Part shown: in pieces, positions 21,375 to 35,559 of the stretch
Position numbering within the stretch: the first letter of the stretch is position 1
Layout: each line of letters starts with the position of its first letter
Origin: Macrostomum lignano
Lineage: Eukaryota
Assembly: GCA_002269645.1 (NCBI GenBank)
Contig: NIVC01002827.1
Span: forward strand, 1-64,000
DNA: 64,000 nt
Reading direction: 5' to 3'
Program-made: the position numbers and the translations under genes
Notes under the pieces: generated by a model
Databases searched by the model: none
Seen by the model: only the letters and a program-made list of their open reading frames with translations
What the model was told of the DNA's origin: nothing

Positions 21375-23300
21375 TTGTCTCACCTTCAATCTCTCACACC
21401 TCCAATCTATCTCACCTTCAATTCATCTCACCTTCAATCTATCTCACCTTCAATCTATCTCCCCTCTAATCTATCTCACCTTCAATCGATCTCACCTTCA
21501 GTCCATCTCACCTTCAATTCATCTCACCTTCAATCTATCTCACCTTCAATCTATCTCCCCTCTAATCTATCTCACCTTCAATCTATCTCACCTCCAATCC
21601 ATCTCACCTTCAATCTATCTCACCTTCAATCGATCTCACCTTCAATTCATCTCACCTTCAATCTATCTCCCCTCTAATCTATCTCACTTTCAGTCTATCT
21701 CACCTTCAATCTATCTCACCTTCAATCCATCTCACCTTCAATCGATCTCACCTTCAATCCATCTCACCTTCAATCTATCTCCCCTCTAATCTATCTCACT
21801 TTCAGTCTATCTCACCTTGAATCTATCTCACCTTCAATCCATCTCACCTTCAATCGATCTCACCTTCAATCCATCTCACCTTCAATCGATCTCACCTTCA
21901 ATCCATCTCACCTTCAATCGATCTCACCTTCAATCCATCTCACCTTCAATCGATCTCACCTTCAATTCATCTCACCTTCAATCGATCTCACCTTCAATCC
22001 ATCTCACCTTCAATATATCTCACCTTCAATCTATCTCCCCTCTAATCTATCTCACTTTCAGTCTATCTCACCTTCAATCTATCTCACCTCCAATCCATCT
22101 CACCTTCAATCTATCTCACCTTCAATCGATCTCACCTTCAATCTATCTCACCTTCAATCTATCTCACCTTCAATCTTTCTCACCTTCAATCCATCTCACC
22201 TTCAATCTATCTCACCTTCAATCAATCTCCACTCTAATCTATCTCACCTTCAATCCATCTCACCTTCAATCCATCTCACCTTCAATCCATCTCACCTTCA
22301 ATCCATCTCACCTTCAATCTATCTCACCTTCAATCAATCTCCACTCTAATCTATCTCACCTTCAATCTATCTCACCTTCAATCCATCTCACCTTCAATCT
22401 ATCTCACCTTCAATCCATCTCACCTTCAATCCATCTCACCTTCAATCTATCTCACCTTCAATCTATCTCACCTCCAATCTATCTCACCTCCAATCCATCT
22501 CACCTTCAATCGATCTCACCTTCAATCGATCTCACCTTTAATCCATCTCACCTTCAATCTATCTCACTTTCAATCAATCTCCACTCTAATCTATCTCACC
22601 TTCAATCGATCTCACCTTCAATCTATCTCACCTTCAATCCATCTCACCTTCAATCTATCTCACCTTCAATCCATCTCACCTTCAATCTATCTCACCTTCA
22701 ATCCATCTCACCTTCAATCCATCTCACCTTCAATCTATCTCACCTTCAATCCATCTCACCTTCAATCTATCTTCCCTCTAATCTATCTCACCTTCAATCT
22801 ATCTCACCTTCAATCCATCTCACCTTCAATCCATCTCACCTTCAATCTATCTTCCCTCTAATCTATCTCACCTTCAATCGATCTCACCTTCAATCTATCT
22901 CACCTTCAATCCATCTCACCTTCAATCTATCTCACCTTCAATCCATCTCGCCTTCTAATCCATCTCACCTTCAATTCATCTCACCTTCAATCTATCTCAC
23001 CTTCAATCTATCTCCCCTCTAATCTATCTCACCTTCAATCCATCTCACCTGCAATCTCTCACACCTCCAATCTATCTCACCTTTAATCTATCTCACCTTC
23101 AATCTATCTCACCTTCAATCCGTCTCAGCTTTAATCCATCTCAGCTTCAATCTATCTCACCTTCAATCTATCTCACCTTCAATCCATCTCAGCTTCAATC
23201 TATCTCACCTCCAATCCATCTCACCTTCAATCCATCTCAGCTTCAATCTATCTCACCTTCAATCTATCTCACCTTCAATTTATCTCAGCTTTAACCCGTC
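21375..23300. repeat. 16-bp minisatellite ATCTCACCTTCAATCT
   Basis: Read directly; more than 100 copies. Confidence 0.96.
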
Positions 23301-23770
23301 TTATCCCATTTACTTACTCCCCATTCCTCAATTCTCTCTCTCTCACCTTGGCAGCCCCGTGCGCGGCTGCAAATCTTTTGCGTCTCCTGCGCATTGCTGC
23401 AGCAGCCGCGGCAACCCTTTGACTGGCAGCGGTGCCGTCGCAAGCAGCTGCTGCAGTTCTGTTTGGCAACTGCTGCGATTTCAACTGTGACATTTTGACA
23501 GCTCTGCTTTCAGAACTCAATTCTACTTTTGATAGTTTAAATGATAGGTAGCATTGATGAGTGCGTCCGGTACCTATACCTGTTTTTAGCTACCGGATTC
23601 AGTGACAGTAAAATCCTGGAACTGTCTTGCTACCTTTCCCCTTTTGATCCTCAACCAATCCTCAACCAGGATGCAGTTCGTGGTGCAACGAGAGGCAATC
23701 AGTGCTTGTCAGGGAAGCCGCGAGGCTGCGTTACTCTTATGTTGAGTTGTCATAGCAACCACGGGTCGCC

Positions 23771-24420
23771 ATCTTAAACCCGAAACCATCTTAAACCCGA
23801 AAAATCACACCTCCGAAAGCACCTCTCAAACTAAATCGAAAACCAAAATAGCTTTGACATTGCTAACACTTTCGGAGTTATGATATTTCGGGTTTATGAT
23901 ATTTCGTGTTTACGATATTTTGGGTTTGTGATATTTCGGGTTTGTGATATTTCGAGTTAACGATATTTCGGGTTTGTGATATTTCGAGTTAAGATATTTT
24001 GGGTTTATGATATTTCGGGTTTGTAATTTCGGGTTTCTGATATTTCGGGTTTATGATATTTCGGATTTGTGATATTTCGGGTTTAAGATATTTCGTGTTT
24101 ATGACATTTCGGGTTTGTGATATTTCGGGTTTGTGATATTTCGGGTTTAAGATATTTCGGGTTTAAGATATTTCAGGTTTGTGATATTTCGGATTTTAGA
24201 TATTTCGTGTTTATGATATTTCGGGTTTGTGATATTTTGGGTTTATGATATTTCGGGTTTGTGATATTTTGGGTTTATGATATTTCGGGTTTGTGATATT
24301 TTGGGTTTATGATATTTCGGGTTTGTGATATTTTGGGTTTATGATATTTCGGGTTTGTGATATTTTGGGTTTATGATATTTCGGGTTTGTGATATTTTGG
24401 GTTTAAGATACTTCGGATTA
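23771..24420. repeat. 16-bp minisatellite GATATTTCGGGTTTGT preceded by two inverted units (foldback-like element)
   Basis: Array at about 23880-24420; inverted units ATCTTAAACCCGAAA at 23771 and 23788; same family in opposite orientation at 51372-52060. Confidence 0.9.
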
Positions 24421-25499
24421 AAGACGCCCCCCGAAACCACCATCTTTGGTTGAAACGATGACTTATGTCAGTTGGGCCCTAGTCGTGAGTTGGGGAGTTT
24501 TGCGCTGTCGCAGATCAGGGTAGCACCAAGGACAACTTAAGTAGACATGTACACTCTATGTACTCTCTTTGGTTGACTTACAGAAATCTGTGACCAATTT
24601 GGTGTACTTTTGCAGCGATTGTCTTGAAGCCACCGCCCCCTCCCCCCAGACTTGCACTGCGTCACACAGACTTCCTCGACACAATGAAGGACAATAAAAC
24701 AAAGGATTCTGCAGTCACGGCATCATAGAGAATCAAAGAAGCAGATTTGAGGTACGATTGAGAGACTACTCGGGTTAGAATTCACTCTCATTGCTTTAAG
24801 CGCTTTAATTGCTTTTCCTCCGGGTTGCTAGGGTTTGAAAAATAGTAACTATTGAAAGAGTTTGGAGTGCTTCATCAAACTCTTCAGTCTGGCGCTGGCT
24901 AACCCGCCGCGCATCCGTGTGCTAAAGCCAGTGCAGAGGATACTGCAGGGTGGATGAAACTGGCGGGCTGTCGCGCCTCTGTTAGATAGAGATGGGGAAA
25001 AAGACAAAAGAGCTGCATTTTTTATACGCGCGCGACATGCACAAGTTCACAGAGGCGGAATGGGGGAGAAGAGGGATGCCTCTGCAACACAATTTCTGGC
25101 CATTAATGGCGATTTTGTTTTTTCTCGCAAAAGCCATTGATGGAGTAATAAATTTGAATCCCCAATCCTTTTGTAGGGAGCTTCTGACAGCTGCTACTGC
25201 TGCTGCTGCGACACACTGAGCTCTGAGTCCCTCAGCTAAACTGCTCAGTCAGTTTGCCCATGCGCTCACACTGGGAATCCAGTTTTGCAGGCACGCATTG
25301 GGCGCCTGGCATGCGAGGCTGAGCCCTACGGGAGCGGTGGGAAGAGAGGCAACGGGACGGGAGGCAGTGGGGAAGTGATGAAGAAAGGAGGCTGACGGAG
25401 TAGAGCTGCCGGCTGCCAATGCTGAATACAATATTGAAAGGTTTTTTTACGCTAAAACAATCCTAGCCAGGTTTTGAGTATGAAGTAGTCCGACAGAAG

Positions 25500-25770
<271 letters not shown>

Positions 25771-26129
25771 CATATTAAGACGGACAGAGGTAGACAGAAC
25801 TCATAACCCAGCACTGCCAATGGGTTGATCGAAACTGCTTTCCTCCTTTACCAAGGAAACTTACAATCTGCCTTGTCATTCATAGAAAGAGAATACTCGT
25901 ATGCTTAAGCATTTGTTCTGCGTCTAAAGTTACAGTGCTCCACAGCTCAGAGAAGAACAATGCACTATGGAGTATTTCTATAAATGCAGCTTTTAGGTAC
26001 CGTATTAGCTTTCGGTGCATCGAAAATCGATTGATTTGTGTAACCATAGCGAATTATAACGCTATCATCTGACGAAAAGTGCTTCTGAAGGTCTGGTGTA
26101 TTGAAAAAAAGATTTTGTTATTGAGAGTG

Positions 26130-26395
26130 TCTTCCGATTCCAGAGTGTCCCTGCCGATTCGAGAGTGTCTCTCCCGATTCCAGAGTGTCTCTCCCGATTC
26201 CAGAGTGTCTCTCCCAATTCCAGAGTGTCTCTACCGATTCCAGAGTGTCTCTCCCGATCCAAGAGTGTCTCTACCGATTCCAGAGTGTCTCTCCCGATCC
26301 CAGAGTGTCTCTCCCGATTCCAGAGTATCTCTACCGATTCCAGAGTGTCTCTACCGATTCCAAAGTGTCCCTTCCGATTCCAGAGTGTCTCCTGA
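26130..26395. repeat. 20-bp minisatellite CCGATTCCAGAGTGTCTCTC
   Basis: Read directly. Confidence 0.93.
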
Positions 26396-26490
26396 TTTCT
26401 AAGGTGTCTTTCTTGACTCCATAGCGGGTTGTTAAAGTGCACATACAATCAAGAAAAGCCACACTGCGTCTCACCGTTCTCGCTGGGTAC

Positions 26491-27737
26491 CTCCGAGAGC
26501 CTCGATAAGATTGGCCACCTCCAGCGGCTCTGGTTGACTGAAACTGGATCGGTGCCAGCAGCGCCGCGGCGGTTCTGTCCGGACCTCGCAGCGACTGGTG
26601 CTGCCTGCCCAGTGGCCCCGTGGTGCTTGTCGTTGTTGCCGTGGTCTGTCGGTAGATTAGGTATTGTGCTATAATTATACAGTGAGTCTAAATATTTTCT
26701 TACTTTTTATGATTGGTAACTTAATAGTTCTGATTAACTAAGCTATTATTAATTACTATTGGTCATAGGTTCATTGGTCACGGGTAATTGTTCACGGGTC
26801 ATTGGTCATGGGTCATTCATTGGTCATGGGTCATTTGTCATGGGCCAGTTATCATGGATCATTGGTCATGGGTGATTGGTCATGGGTCATTTATCACGGG
26901 TCATTGGTCACGCGTCAATGGTCATGGGTCATTGGTCACGGGTCATTGTTCAAGGATCATTGGTCATGGGTCATTGGTCATGAGTCTTTGTTCATGGCTT
27001 ATTGGTCATGGTCATCGTCTTGGGTCACTAGTCATTGATCATAAGCCATGAGTCTTTTGTCATGAGTTACTTTGGTCATGGGTCATCCTTGGTCATGAGT
27101 TACTTTGGTCATGGGTAATCATTGGTCATGATTTACTTTGGTCATGGGTCATTGGTCATGAGCCATTTTTCATGGATCATTGGTCATTGGTCATGGCCCA
27201 TTTATCATGGACCATTGGTCATTGGTCACAGGTCAATCAAGGATCGCAGGGGTTGAAGTCGCGAGCTGCTTAAGCCACAGGTCAGTCCGGTTACCTCCTC
27301 GAGATCCTGCAGCATGGCGGCATTGGCCCAGGCGTCCCTGGTCAGATCCATCATGTTCCGCAATGTCACTTCACGCTTCACACGACTAGTTTGCATTTGA
27401 CTGGGAGTTGCCGAGTAATTATTATTGATTGAGCTATTGGAGATCGAGTAGCATTGTTCGGGATCCTCTTGGTTGGCGGCACACAACGAGTCGCTTGAGT
27501 AGATGGGATCGGGGAATGGGGTTGTGGGATTCTAATGGGGAAAACCAGAAATAGGGGATTGAAGCGTTGGGAATAGCCAATGGAGAATCGCATACTATTG
27601 TTTCTGACGCTTTTAGCATCAACTTTCTGCTTCACCTGGCTCTCTCTTTTCTGCTTCTGCGTCCCCATTATTTTGCTGTCCCCCGATTGCAGGAAGCAAG
27701 CAGAGGAGAACAGCTGTCCGGGTAGGCGTTCTTGCAT
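26491..27737 (-). CDS. Candidate upstream low-complexity exons of the DYRK4-like gene
   Basis: GT-AG bounded segments 27737-27636, 27531-27295 and 26645-26491 can be spliced in frame (MQERLPG...ESQ / NPTTPFPDP...LQDLEE / TTATTTS...GSR) onto the phase-2 acceptor at 21131. No recognisable homology, so the model is tentative. Confidence 0.35.
26760..27232. repeat. Degenerate 7-bp repeat GGTCATG/GGTCATT
   Basis: Read directly. Confidence 0.88.
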
Positions 27738-28109
27738 TCATTGTACGCATGCTCGCAAACACCATAGCAACAAGCTAATGTCCCGCTCGCATTGCTATTT
27801 AGCATGGATACTCAAACTAATAGGGAGTTTTATCTCATATCTGGATATGGGAAAGATAGAATTGCATGGCTGCGCACAGGATCCTAATTCTCCCTGTTGA
27901 AGTGTTGACACAGAACTGCCAGATGCGCTCAGATGGAAAATTGGTAGAAAAATTATGCGCGTAAAATATTGATTATGACCGGCCCGCATGCTGGATGCAA
28001 CTTGGGGCAAACTGCCTTATGGCAACTGGCTTATCTATTTGGCAATTGAGTGCAATATATTACCAATTGAAGTGGGTTTCCTGGTATTTGATACTGGTAT
28101 TTGATATTT

Positions 28110-28975
28110 GATACCCTCCTATTGATAATGCATTGCTGTGACCCCCTCCTATTGATAATGCATTGCTGTGACCCCCTCCTATTGATAATGCATTGCTGTG
28201 ACCCCCTCCCATTGATACTGTGAGTTGCTGTGACCTCCCCCCATTGATAATGCATTGCTGTGACCCCCTCCCATTGATAATGCATTGCTGTGACCCCTCC
28301 TATTGATAATGCATTGCTGTGACCCCCTCCCATTGATACTGTGAGTTGCTGTGAGCCCCATCCCATTGATACTGTGTTGCTGTGCCCCCCTCATATTGAT
28401 ACTGTATTGCTGTGACCCCTCCCATTGATAATGCATTGCTGTGACCCCCTCCTATTGATACTGTGTTGCTGTGACCCCTCCCATCGATACTGTGTTGCTG
28501 TGACCCCTCCCATTGATACTGTGTTGCTGTGACGCCTCCCATTGATACTGTGTTGCTGTGAGCCCCTCCCATTGATACTGTGAGTTGCTGTGAGCCCCTC
28601 CCATTGATACTGTGAGTTGCTGTGAGCCCCTCCCATTGATACTGTGAGTTGCTGTGAGCCCCTCCCATTGATACTGTGTTGCTGTGAGCCCCTCCCATTG
28701 ATACTGTGAGTTGCTGTGAGCCCCTCCCATTGATACTGTGTTGCTGTGAGCCCCTCCCATTGATACTGTGAGTTGCTGTGAGCCCCTCCCATTGATACTG
28801 TGAGTTGCTGTGAGCCCCTCCCATTGATACTGTGAGTTGCTGTGAGCCCCTCCCATTGATACTGTGAGTTGCTGTGAGCCCCTCCCATTGATACTGTGTT
28901 GCTGTGAGCCCCTCCAATTGATACTGTGACCTCCTCCCAATGATACAGTGGTGCTGTGACCCCCTCTCACGTGAC
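28110..28975. repeat. About 29-32-bp minisatellite CTGTGAGCCCCTCCCATTGATACTGTG(AG)TTG
   Basis: Read directly. Confidence 0.93.
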
Positions 28976-29329
28976 CCCCTTTCACTGATCCATAGAACAT
29001 TCACGTTTTGTTCAACGCATCATACACAGTTTTCTACTTGGTAAAGTTTGAGAAGTACACAAAAACCTTCTTGAGCTTCCCTTGCAAGGATAAATTGAGT
29101 GAAGTAAATACTGCTTGATTTTTAAGACCTCCTACAACTGTACTTATAAGGGCCTATTGTCTGGGTGAAAGGTATCAATCATCTTTTGCTACAGCATGGA
29201 ACATGCGTTCACGCACCCACACTTGAGCTGGAGCCACTCTGACAGTAGAATTCTAAGACTGATTTTTGGCACTGACACTTCCTGTCAAATGTAATTGGCT
29301 TTTACTGGAGATAGCTATCTGTCAGTCCT

Positions 29330-30090
29330 TTGTTTGGGTATCTGTACTTGTCTTTGGGTATCTCTTAGGTCTCTATAAGTATCTCTATTTGTCTTTGGGT
29401 ATCTCTACTTGTCTCTGGGTATCTCTACTTGTCTCTGGGTATCTATACTTGTCTCTGGGTATCTCTATTAGTCTTTGGGTATCTCTACTTGTCTCTAAGT
29501 ATCTCTACCTGTCTCTAAGTATCTCTACTTGTCTCGGGGTATCTCTATTTGTCTCTGGGTATCTCTATTTGTCTCTGGGTATCTCTATTTGTCTCGGTGT
29601 CTCTTTTTGTCTCTGGGTATCTCTATTTGTCTCGATGTCTCTTTTTGTCTCTCGGTGTTTACACTTATGTACACTTATGTTATACGTCTTATGTTTGTCT
29701 CTGAGTATCTCGTCTAGTGTCTGGGTATCTCTACTTGTCTCTGGGTATCTTTACTTGTCTCGGGGTATCTCTATTTGTCTTTAGGTATCTCTATTTGTCT
29801 CTGGGTGTTTATATTTGTCTTTGGGTATCACTACTTGTCTCTGGGTATTGTTGTGTAGTTGGTTTGCAATATGTACATCTGCTATGTACATCTGCTATGT
29901 ACATCTGTTTGCCGATATTGATTTGTCGCATGCTAGATAAATATATAAGTATAAAAATACCAGTCGGAAGGCCAACTTGGTCTAAGTTCGTGTGTACCCC
30001 AAAAATCAGTCTGACTCTCTCAAACAAAACAGGTATTTATATTTGTCTCTGGGTATCTCTTCTAGTGTCTGGATATCTCTACTTGTCTCT
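29330..30090. repeat. 20-bp minisatellite TCTCTACTTGTCTCTGGGTA, interrupted
   Basis: Read directly; main blocks at about 29330-29850 and 30035-30090. Confidence 0.88.
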
Positions 30091-30434
30091 GATTACTATT
30101 TTTGATATCTCAGGATTTTTCTGTCCTAGGGTACTTCTCATTTTATCTATGTATTCATATTTCAATTTCTTTGTTATTTCCATCTATCTCTCCTTGTATA
30201 TAATCTTGCCTTCATCTCAATAAAAATTCAGCTTCAGCGATGAAACAAAAAACCCTATTGGCATTCACCTTTTGGCGGCGCAGAGGCTGCCTCGCCGAGA
30301 CCAGCTGATGCGACAGTTGCGGGTGTCGCAGATTTCTGTCGGCAAAGTGGCGCAGCATCTTCTAGACCTCTCAGTGTCCACCTGGATTAGTGAGTCGCCT
30401 GGTAACAGATAGAAATGGCGCTTGCTTTGAATCG

Positions 30435-31075
30435 CTATAGTTCTATCTGATCCATCGCTTGGAAAGGTGAGGTCCGGCTTTCGCGATTTCTTGTTTTTCT
30501 TCTCTGGTCTTTTTTTGCTGACGAGTCTTCTGTTTTCGGGTCTTCTGCTTTCGAGTCTTCTGCTTTCGTGTCTTCCGCTTTCGTGTCTTCCGCTTTCGTG
30601 TCTTCTCCTTTCGTGTCTTCCGCTTTTGGGTCTTCTGCTTTTGTGTCTTCCGCTTTCGTGTCTTCCGCTTTCGTGTCTCCCGCTTTCGGGTCTTCCGCTT
30701 TTGGGTCTTCTGCTTTTGTGTCTTCTGCTTTCGTGTCTTCCGCTTTTGTGTCTTCTGCTTTCGTGTCTTCCGCTTTCGTGTCTTCCGCTTTCGTGTCTTC
30801 CGCTTTCGTGTCTTCTGCTTTCGTGTCTTCCGCTTTCGTGTCTTCCGCTTTCGTGTCTTCCGCTTTTGTGTCTTCCGCTTTCGTGTCTTCCGCTTTCGTG
30901 TCTTCCGCTTTCGTGTCTTCCGCTTTCGTGTCTTCCGCTTTCGTGTCTTCCGCTTTCGTGTCTTCCGCTTTCGTGTCTTCCGCTTTTGTGTCTTCTGCTT
31001 TCAGGTCTTCTGCTCTCGAGTCTTCTGCTTTTGGATTTTCTGCTTTCGGGTCTACTTTAATGTCTGGGTCTTCTA
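30435..31075 (-). CDS. Possible terminal exon encoding about 35 KAEDT pentapeptide repeats (15-bp tandem repeat)
   Basis: Stop-free minus frame from acceptor-like TATACAG at 31076 to TAG at 30435: [28 protein letters not shown](DTKAE)n...[24 protein letters not shown]. No ATG start, so it is absent from the ORF track. Confidence 0.4.
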
Positions 31076-31789
31076 CTGTATAGAGTCTTCTGCTTTTATC
31101 GATCGTACACTTTCAAAATTCTTCTGCCGTTCTATCTCGACTTTGCTTGAATTTTTATAAATAGTACTTGGGGCCGGGCCGCTTCACCCGAGCATCTTTG
31201 GCTGGCTGGTACAGAGGCAACAGGCCACCTGCTGTTCGATGCTCACCCCCCTAATGTCTACCTCTGTCCTTAAGTGGCCAAGCAGCTGTCAGTCACTGTG
31301 TGCCCACCAAAGCCAAGCATTTGCCTGTCTGCCCCCTAACTGCGTATATAAAACAGCTGCTGGCGTTCGAGCACACACAGCAGCTGGGAGTCAACACTGC
31401 TGGATTATTAGAACTCGGCTTTGCTCGCAAATTTGCTGCGCATCAAACGCAAATTCTTCACATTCAGACAGCATTGGGTCATTAAATGCTTAAGTTCTTG
31501 AGAACTTCGGACTTTTTCGTGAGATTCTCAAGCTGTAACAGCTTTAGGCTCAGTTCAGATTGGGTTTGAAGTGGCCTGGATTGAAGTAACAGCTTTACAA
31601 TGAGGCTTGCAGCATGAACCAATTGTGTCTAAATTTGAGTTCTCAAGCTGGGTTAATTGTTTCTGCTGAACCGTTAATTTCACGGCACAGAGTACAGTGC
31701 CTGCTGCTTGTTCAAACTGGTTGCTGTACCCTAATTAGGGGGTGTGCCCACTCGTGTCTTCTGTTGGCACAGTAGAGACAGTATAAGCC

Positions 31790-32348
<559 letters not shown>

Positions 32349-32821
32349 GTTTCCAGCAGTCTTGCATTAATAGGTACTAATAAAAGCGCAGAAACGAGTT
32401 CTTCGCAATTTTGGTTAATATTCTTATAATAGGAGGCCATTTCCATGTTATTTTTAAGGCACTCCACTGCAGCCACATAGTCAAGAGCTGCCAGTCATGC
32501 AATAGAAGGTAATTCTTTGCATCAACTGGCATTGTGTTTAGCTAGCCAAAGAGAATATTGAGCACGTATTCATGCTACGGAAAATGCTTTGGGAAGGCTT
32601 TGACTCGTGCACTGTATGTTGGCAGCTACCTATTTTATCTTAGAGTTTCCCGCAGTAAAATGCTATATAAGGTTTATTCATAATTAATTACCTGGAATGG
32701 TCGTTGTACAACACCAATGCAGTCCCACCTTCGTAAGCTTTGCTGTTTTTGAAACAATTCTGCGCGGCTGTGTGTATTTAACCATGTTGTAGTAAAATGT
32801 TAGTTCCTTCATTTTTTCCGA

Positions 32822-33979
32822 CAGAATGAGTGCCTGCGGAGCAGAATGAGTGCCTGCGGAGCAGAATGTGTGCCTGCGGAGCAGAATGAGTGCCTGCGGA
32901 GCAGAATGTGTGCCTGCGGAGCCAGAATGTGTGCCTGCGGAGCCAGAATGAGTGCCTGCGGAGCCAGAATGTGTGCCTGCGGAGCCAGAATGTGTGCCTG
33001 CGGAGCCAGAATGTGTGCCTGCGGAGCCAGAATGTGTGCCTGCGGAGCCAGAATGTGTGCCTGCGGAGGCAGAATGTGTGCCTGCGGCGCCAGAATGAGT
33101 GCCTGCGGCGCCAGAATGAGTGCCTGCGGCGCCAGAATGAGTGCCTGCGGAGCCAGAATGAGTGCCTGCGGAGCCAAAATGAGTGCCTGCGGAGCCAGAA
33201 TGAGTGCCTGCGGAGCCAAAATGAGTGCCTGCGGCGCCAAAATGAGTGCCTGCGGAGCTAAAATGAGTGCCTGCGGAGCTAAAATGAGTGCTGCGGCGCC
33301 AGAATGAGTGCCTGCGGAGCTAAAATGAGTGCCTGCGGAGCTAAAATGAGTGCCTGCGGAGCTAAAATGAGTGCTGCGGCGCCAGAATGAGTGCCTGCGG
33401 AGCTAAAATGAGTGCCTGCGGAGCTAAAATGAGTGCCTGCGGAGCTAAAATGAGTGCCTTCGGCGCTAAAATGAGTGCCTTCGGCGCCAAAATGAGTGCC
33501 TGCGGAGCTAAAATGAGTGCTGCGGAGCCAGAATGAGTGCCTGCGGAGCCAGAATGAGTGCCTGCGGCGCCAAAATGAGTGCCTGCGGAGCCAGAATGAG
33601 TGCTTCAGCGCCAGAATGAGTGCCTGTGGAGCCAGAATGAGTGCCTTCGGCGCTAAAATGAGTGCCTTCGGCGCTAAAATGAGTGCCTGCGGCGCTAAAA
33701 TGGGTGCCTGCGGCGCTAAAATGAGTGCCTGCGGCGCTAAAATGGGTGCCTGCGGAGCTAAAATGAGTGCCTTCGGCGCCAGAATGAGTGCATTCGGCGC
33801 TAGAATGAGTGCATTCGGCGCCAGCGCCAGAATGAGTGCATTCGGCGCCAGCGCCAGAATGAGTGCATTCGGCGCCAAAATGAGTGCTGACAACACTGAT
33901 TCTGAAAAAATCTTGTACATGTACTTGTAGAATTATTGGCTGTGTCCCCCCTCACCATAAAATCCATGGAGACGCCATG
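32822..33979 (+). mobile_element. Truncated hAT-like MITE copy with about 50 units of a 21-bp repeat (AATGAGTGCCTGCGGAGCCAG)
   Basis: 33880-33979 (GAGTGCTGACAACACTGATTCTGAAA...CACCATAAAATCCATGGAGACGCC) matches the reverse complement of 35560-35680. The other end is not recognisable. Confidence 0.75.
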
Positions 33980-34996
33980 CATGCCCTTGTTTCTTAGATT
34001 GATTACTTGGAAAGTTTAGTCCAGCGACCACAAGAAGACACACGTTGCATCAGAAGTATAGAAAATCTACACTTGGAGAGACAACAAAGAATTAAAGGAA
34101 TACTTTTTATTGAACTGTGTGTACCTTTTGACTTAGTACAGCTACTGTTTCCAGTCTCTTGAGGAAAATTATGTTAAAAACACAAAGGCATCTGCCTGAA
34201 AGCCAGCTATCTAGCAAAAATTGGCTAAAAGCATCTGATCAACCCACATAAGACACATAATTTCAGCAATACCCCATAAGCCATGCACAGAATTTTTAGC
34301 AATACCCCATGAGCCACAGCATTTCAGCAGTACCCCACGGATGCCTCGTCATCACAGTAATTTCCCCTACGAGCCTGGAACACTTAACAATACTCCCATG
34401 AGTCTTTAAGGCGATTCTTTTATAATATTGTCAAACCATAACCCGAGGATCTAACCTTTATCACTAAGCCTAAACCCCCTAACCCTAACCCTTCCGTGTC
34501 ACAGCATTTTAGCAATTCCTACCACAACCACAAGGCAATAAATTTCAACACTTCTTCAGAATTTCAGTAATTCCCCTTAAACCGTTGACATCTTAAGCAA
34601 GTAGTGAACGGTTCAAATAGATCCCGCAACTCTACGAGCGTACGTCGCTTAAGTTCCTAGCTTGCGGAAACAAAAATAAAACCCACGAAGACTTAAATGG
34701 ACTAAATGGACCTCTATGGACGACCTAGACCTACTGCTCATTCTTCTAAAATACAACTTTTTTACTATTCGTTTTATTCACAAGACAGATAATGAACGAT
34801 TAAAAGCATTGATATAAAAGGCGTTAGCCTAGCCTTAGTTTTGCCATTCTTTTGCGTTATTTTTTACAATCGTTGGTCTTAATTAAGAAATACGCAATTT
34901 AATAACGCCATGCAAAAAATACAGTGAAAATCGGTAAAGTATTACTGTAAGTAGTTAGTGCAAGAGTTTCTGCCAAATCATGAATCGTAAGGATAA

Positions 34997-35293
34997 TCAT
35001 AGACGTATTATCCTTTGAAATTCGCATCGATAAGAAGACTCGTTGCAGCGCAGAGCCGGACAGCAGACCTTCCGCGAGCTCCAGGGAATCTTCGGGCCCA
35101 TCTCCACTACAGCGGTCTTCTGGCACTCCATGCCGAACTTCGCGCACTGAGAGTACCAGCGGTCCATGGTTTTATACTTGCGTAGCAACAGTAAGTTTGT
35201 TCTGGTGCAGGCGCTGGCGGGAGTTAAAGTCAGCTTGCAGAGAGAGCAGAGCCAGACTACTGAGACGCACACGATGGCTCGAAGAAGTTGCAT
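34997..35293 (-). CDS. Small secreted cysteine-rich, knottin-like peptide precursor (98 aa)
   Basis: Single ORF with hydrophobic N-terminus (MQLLRAIVCVSVVWLCSL...ASA) and a C-terminal C-X6-C-X19-CC-X4-C-X6-C pattern. Confidence 0.55.
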   Translation of the reverse strand: MQLLRAIVCVSVVWLCSLCKLTLTPASACTRTNLLLLRKYKTMDRWYSQCAKFGMECQKTAVVEMGPKIPWSSRKVCCPALRCNESSYRCEFQRIIRL

Positions 35294-35559
35294 GATACCT
35301 TAGCTATGAGATCTGTTGTTGACTGCTGCTGCACTTGCTGTTTTTCGGTGTTGTATTGAATGGCTAAGAATCTTCGTCTTTAATTTAAGCTTGAGAGATC
35401 TTGGGTTGCATGATAAGATGAGTCGCCACGATGCTTACACCATAGACAGATATAACGTCGTATTAATTTCAAATGACTACATGTGCTTTTGAAAATCCGA
35501 GAACACATTATTCCTGGAAGTATACTTGTATGATAAGCGGTTTCAGTTTTTGTACTCAT

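Noticed and set aside
23314-23520. Ala/Arg-rich ORF as a DYRK4 exon
   Set aside because: It has a good donor (AAG/GTGAGA), but its phase does not join the 21131 acceptor in the open frame; it may be a UTR exon.
26130-30090. Shared GAGACA/GTCT motif among several arrays as a common factor-binding code (for example Smad sites)
   Set aside because: Short motif in low-complexity DNA with no independent support.
34477-34492. Interstitial telomere repeat (CCCTAA)2.7
   Set aside because: Too short to distinguish from chance or transposon subrepeats.
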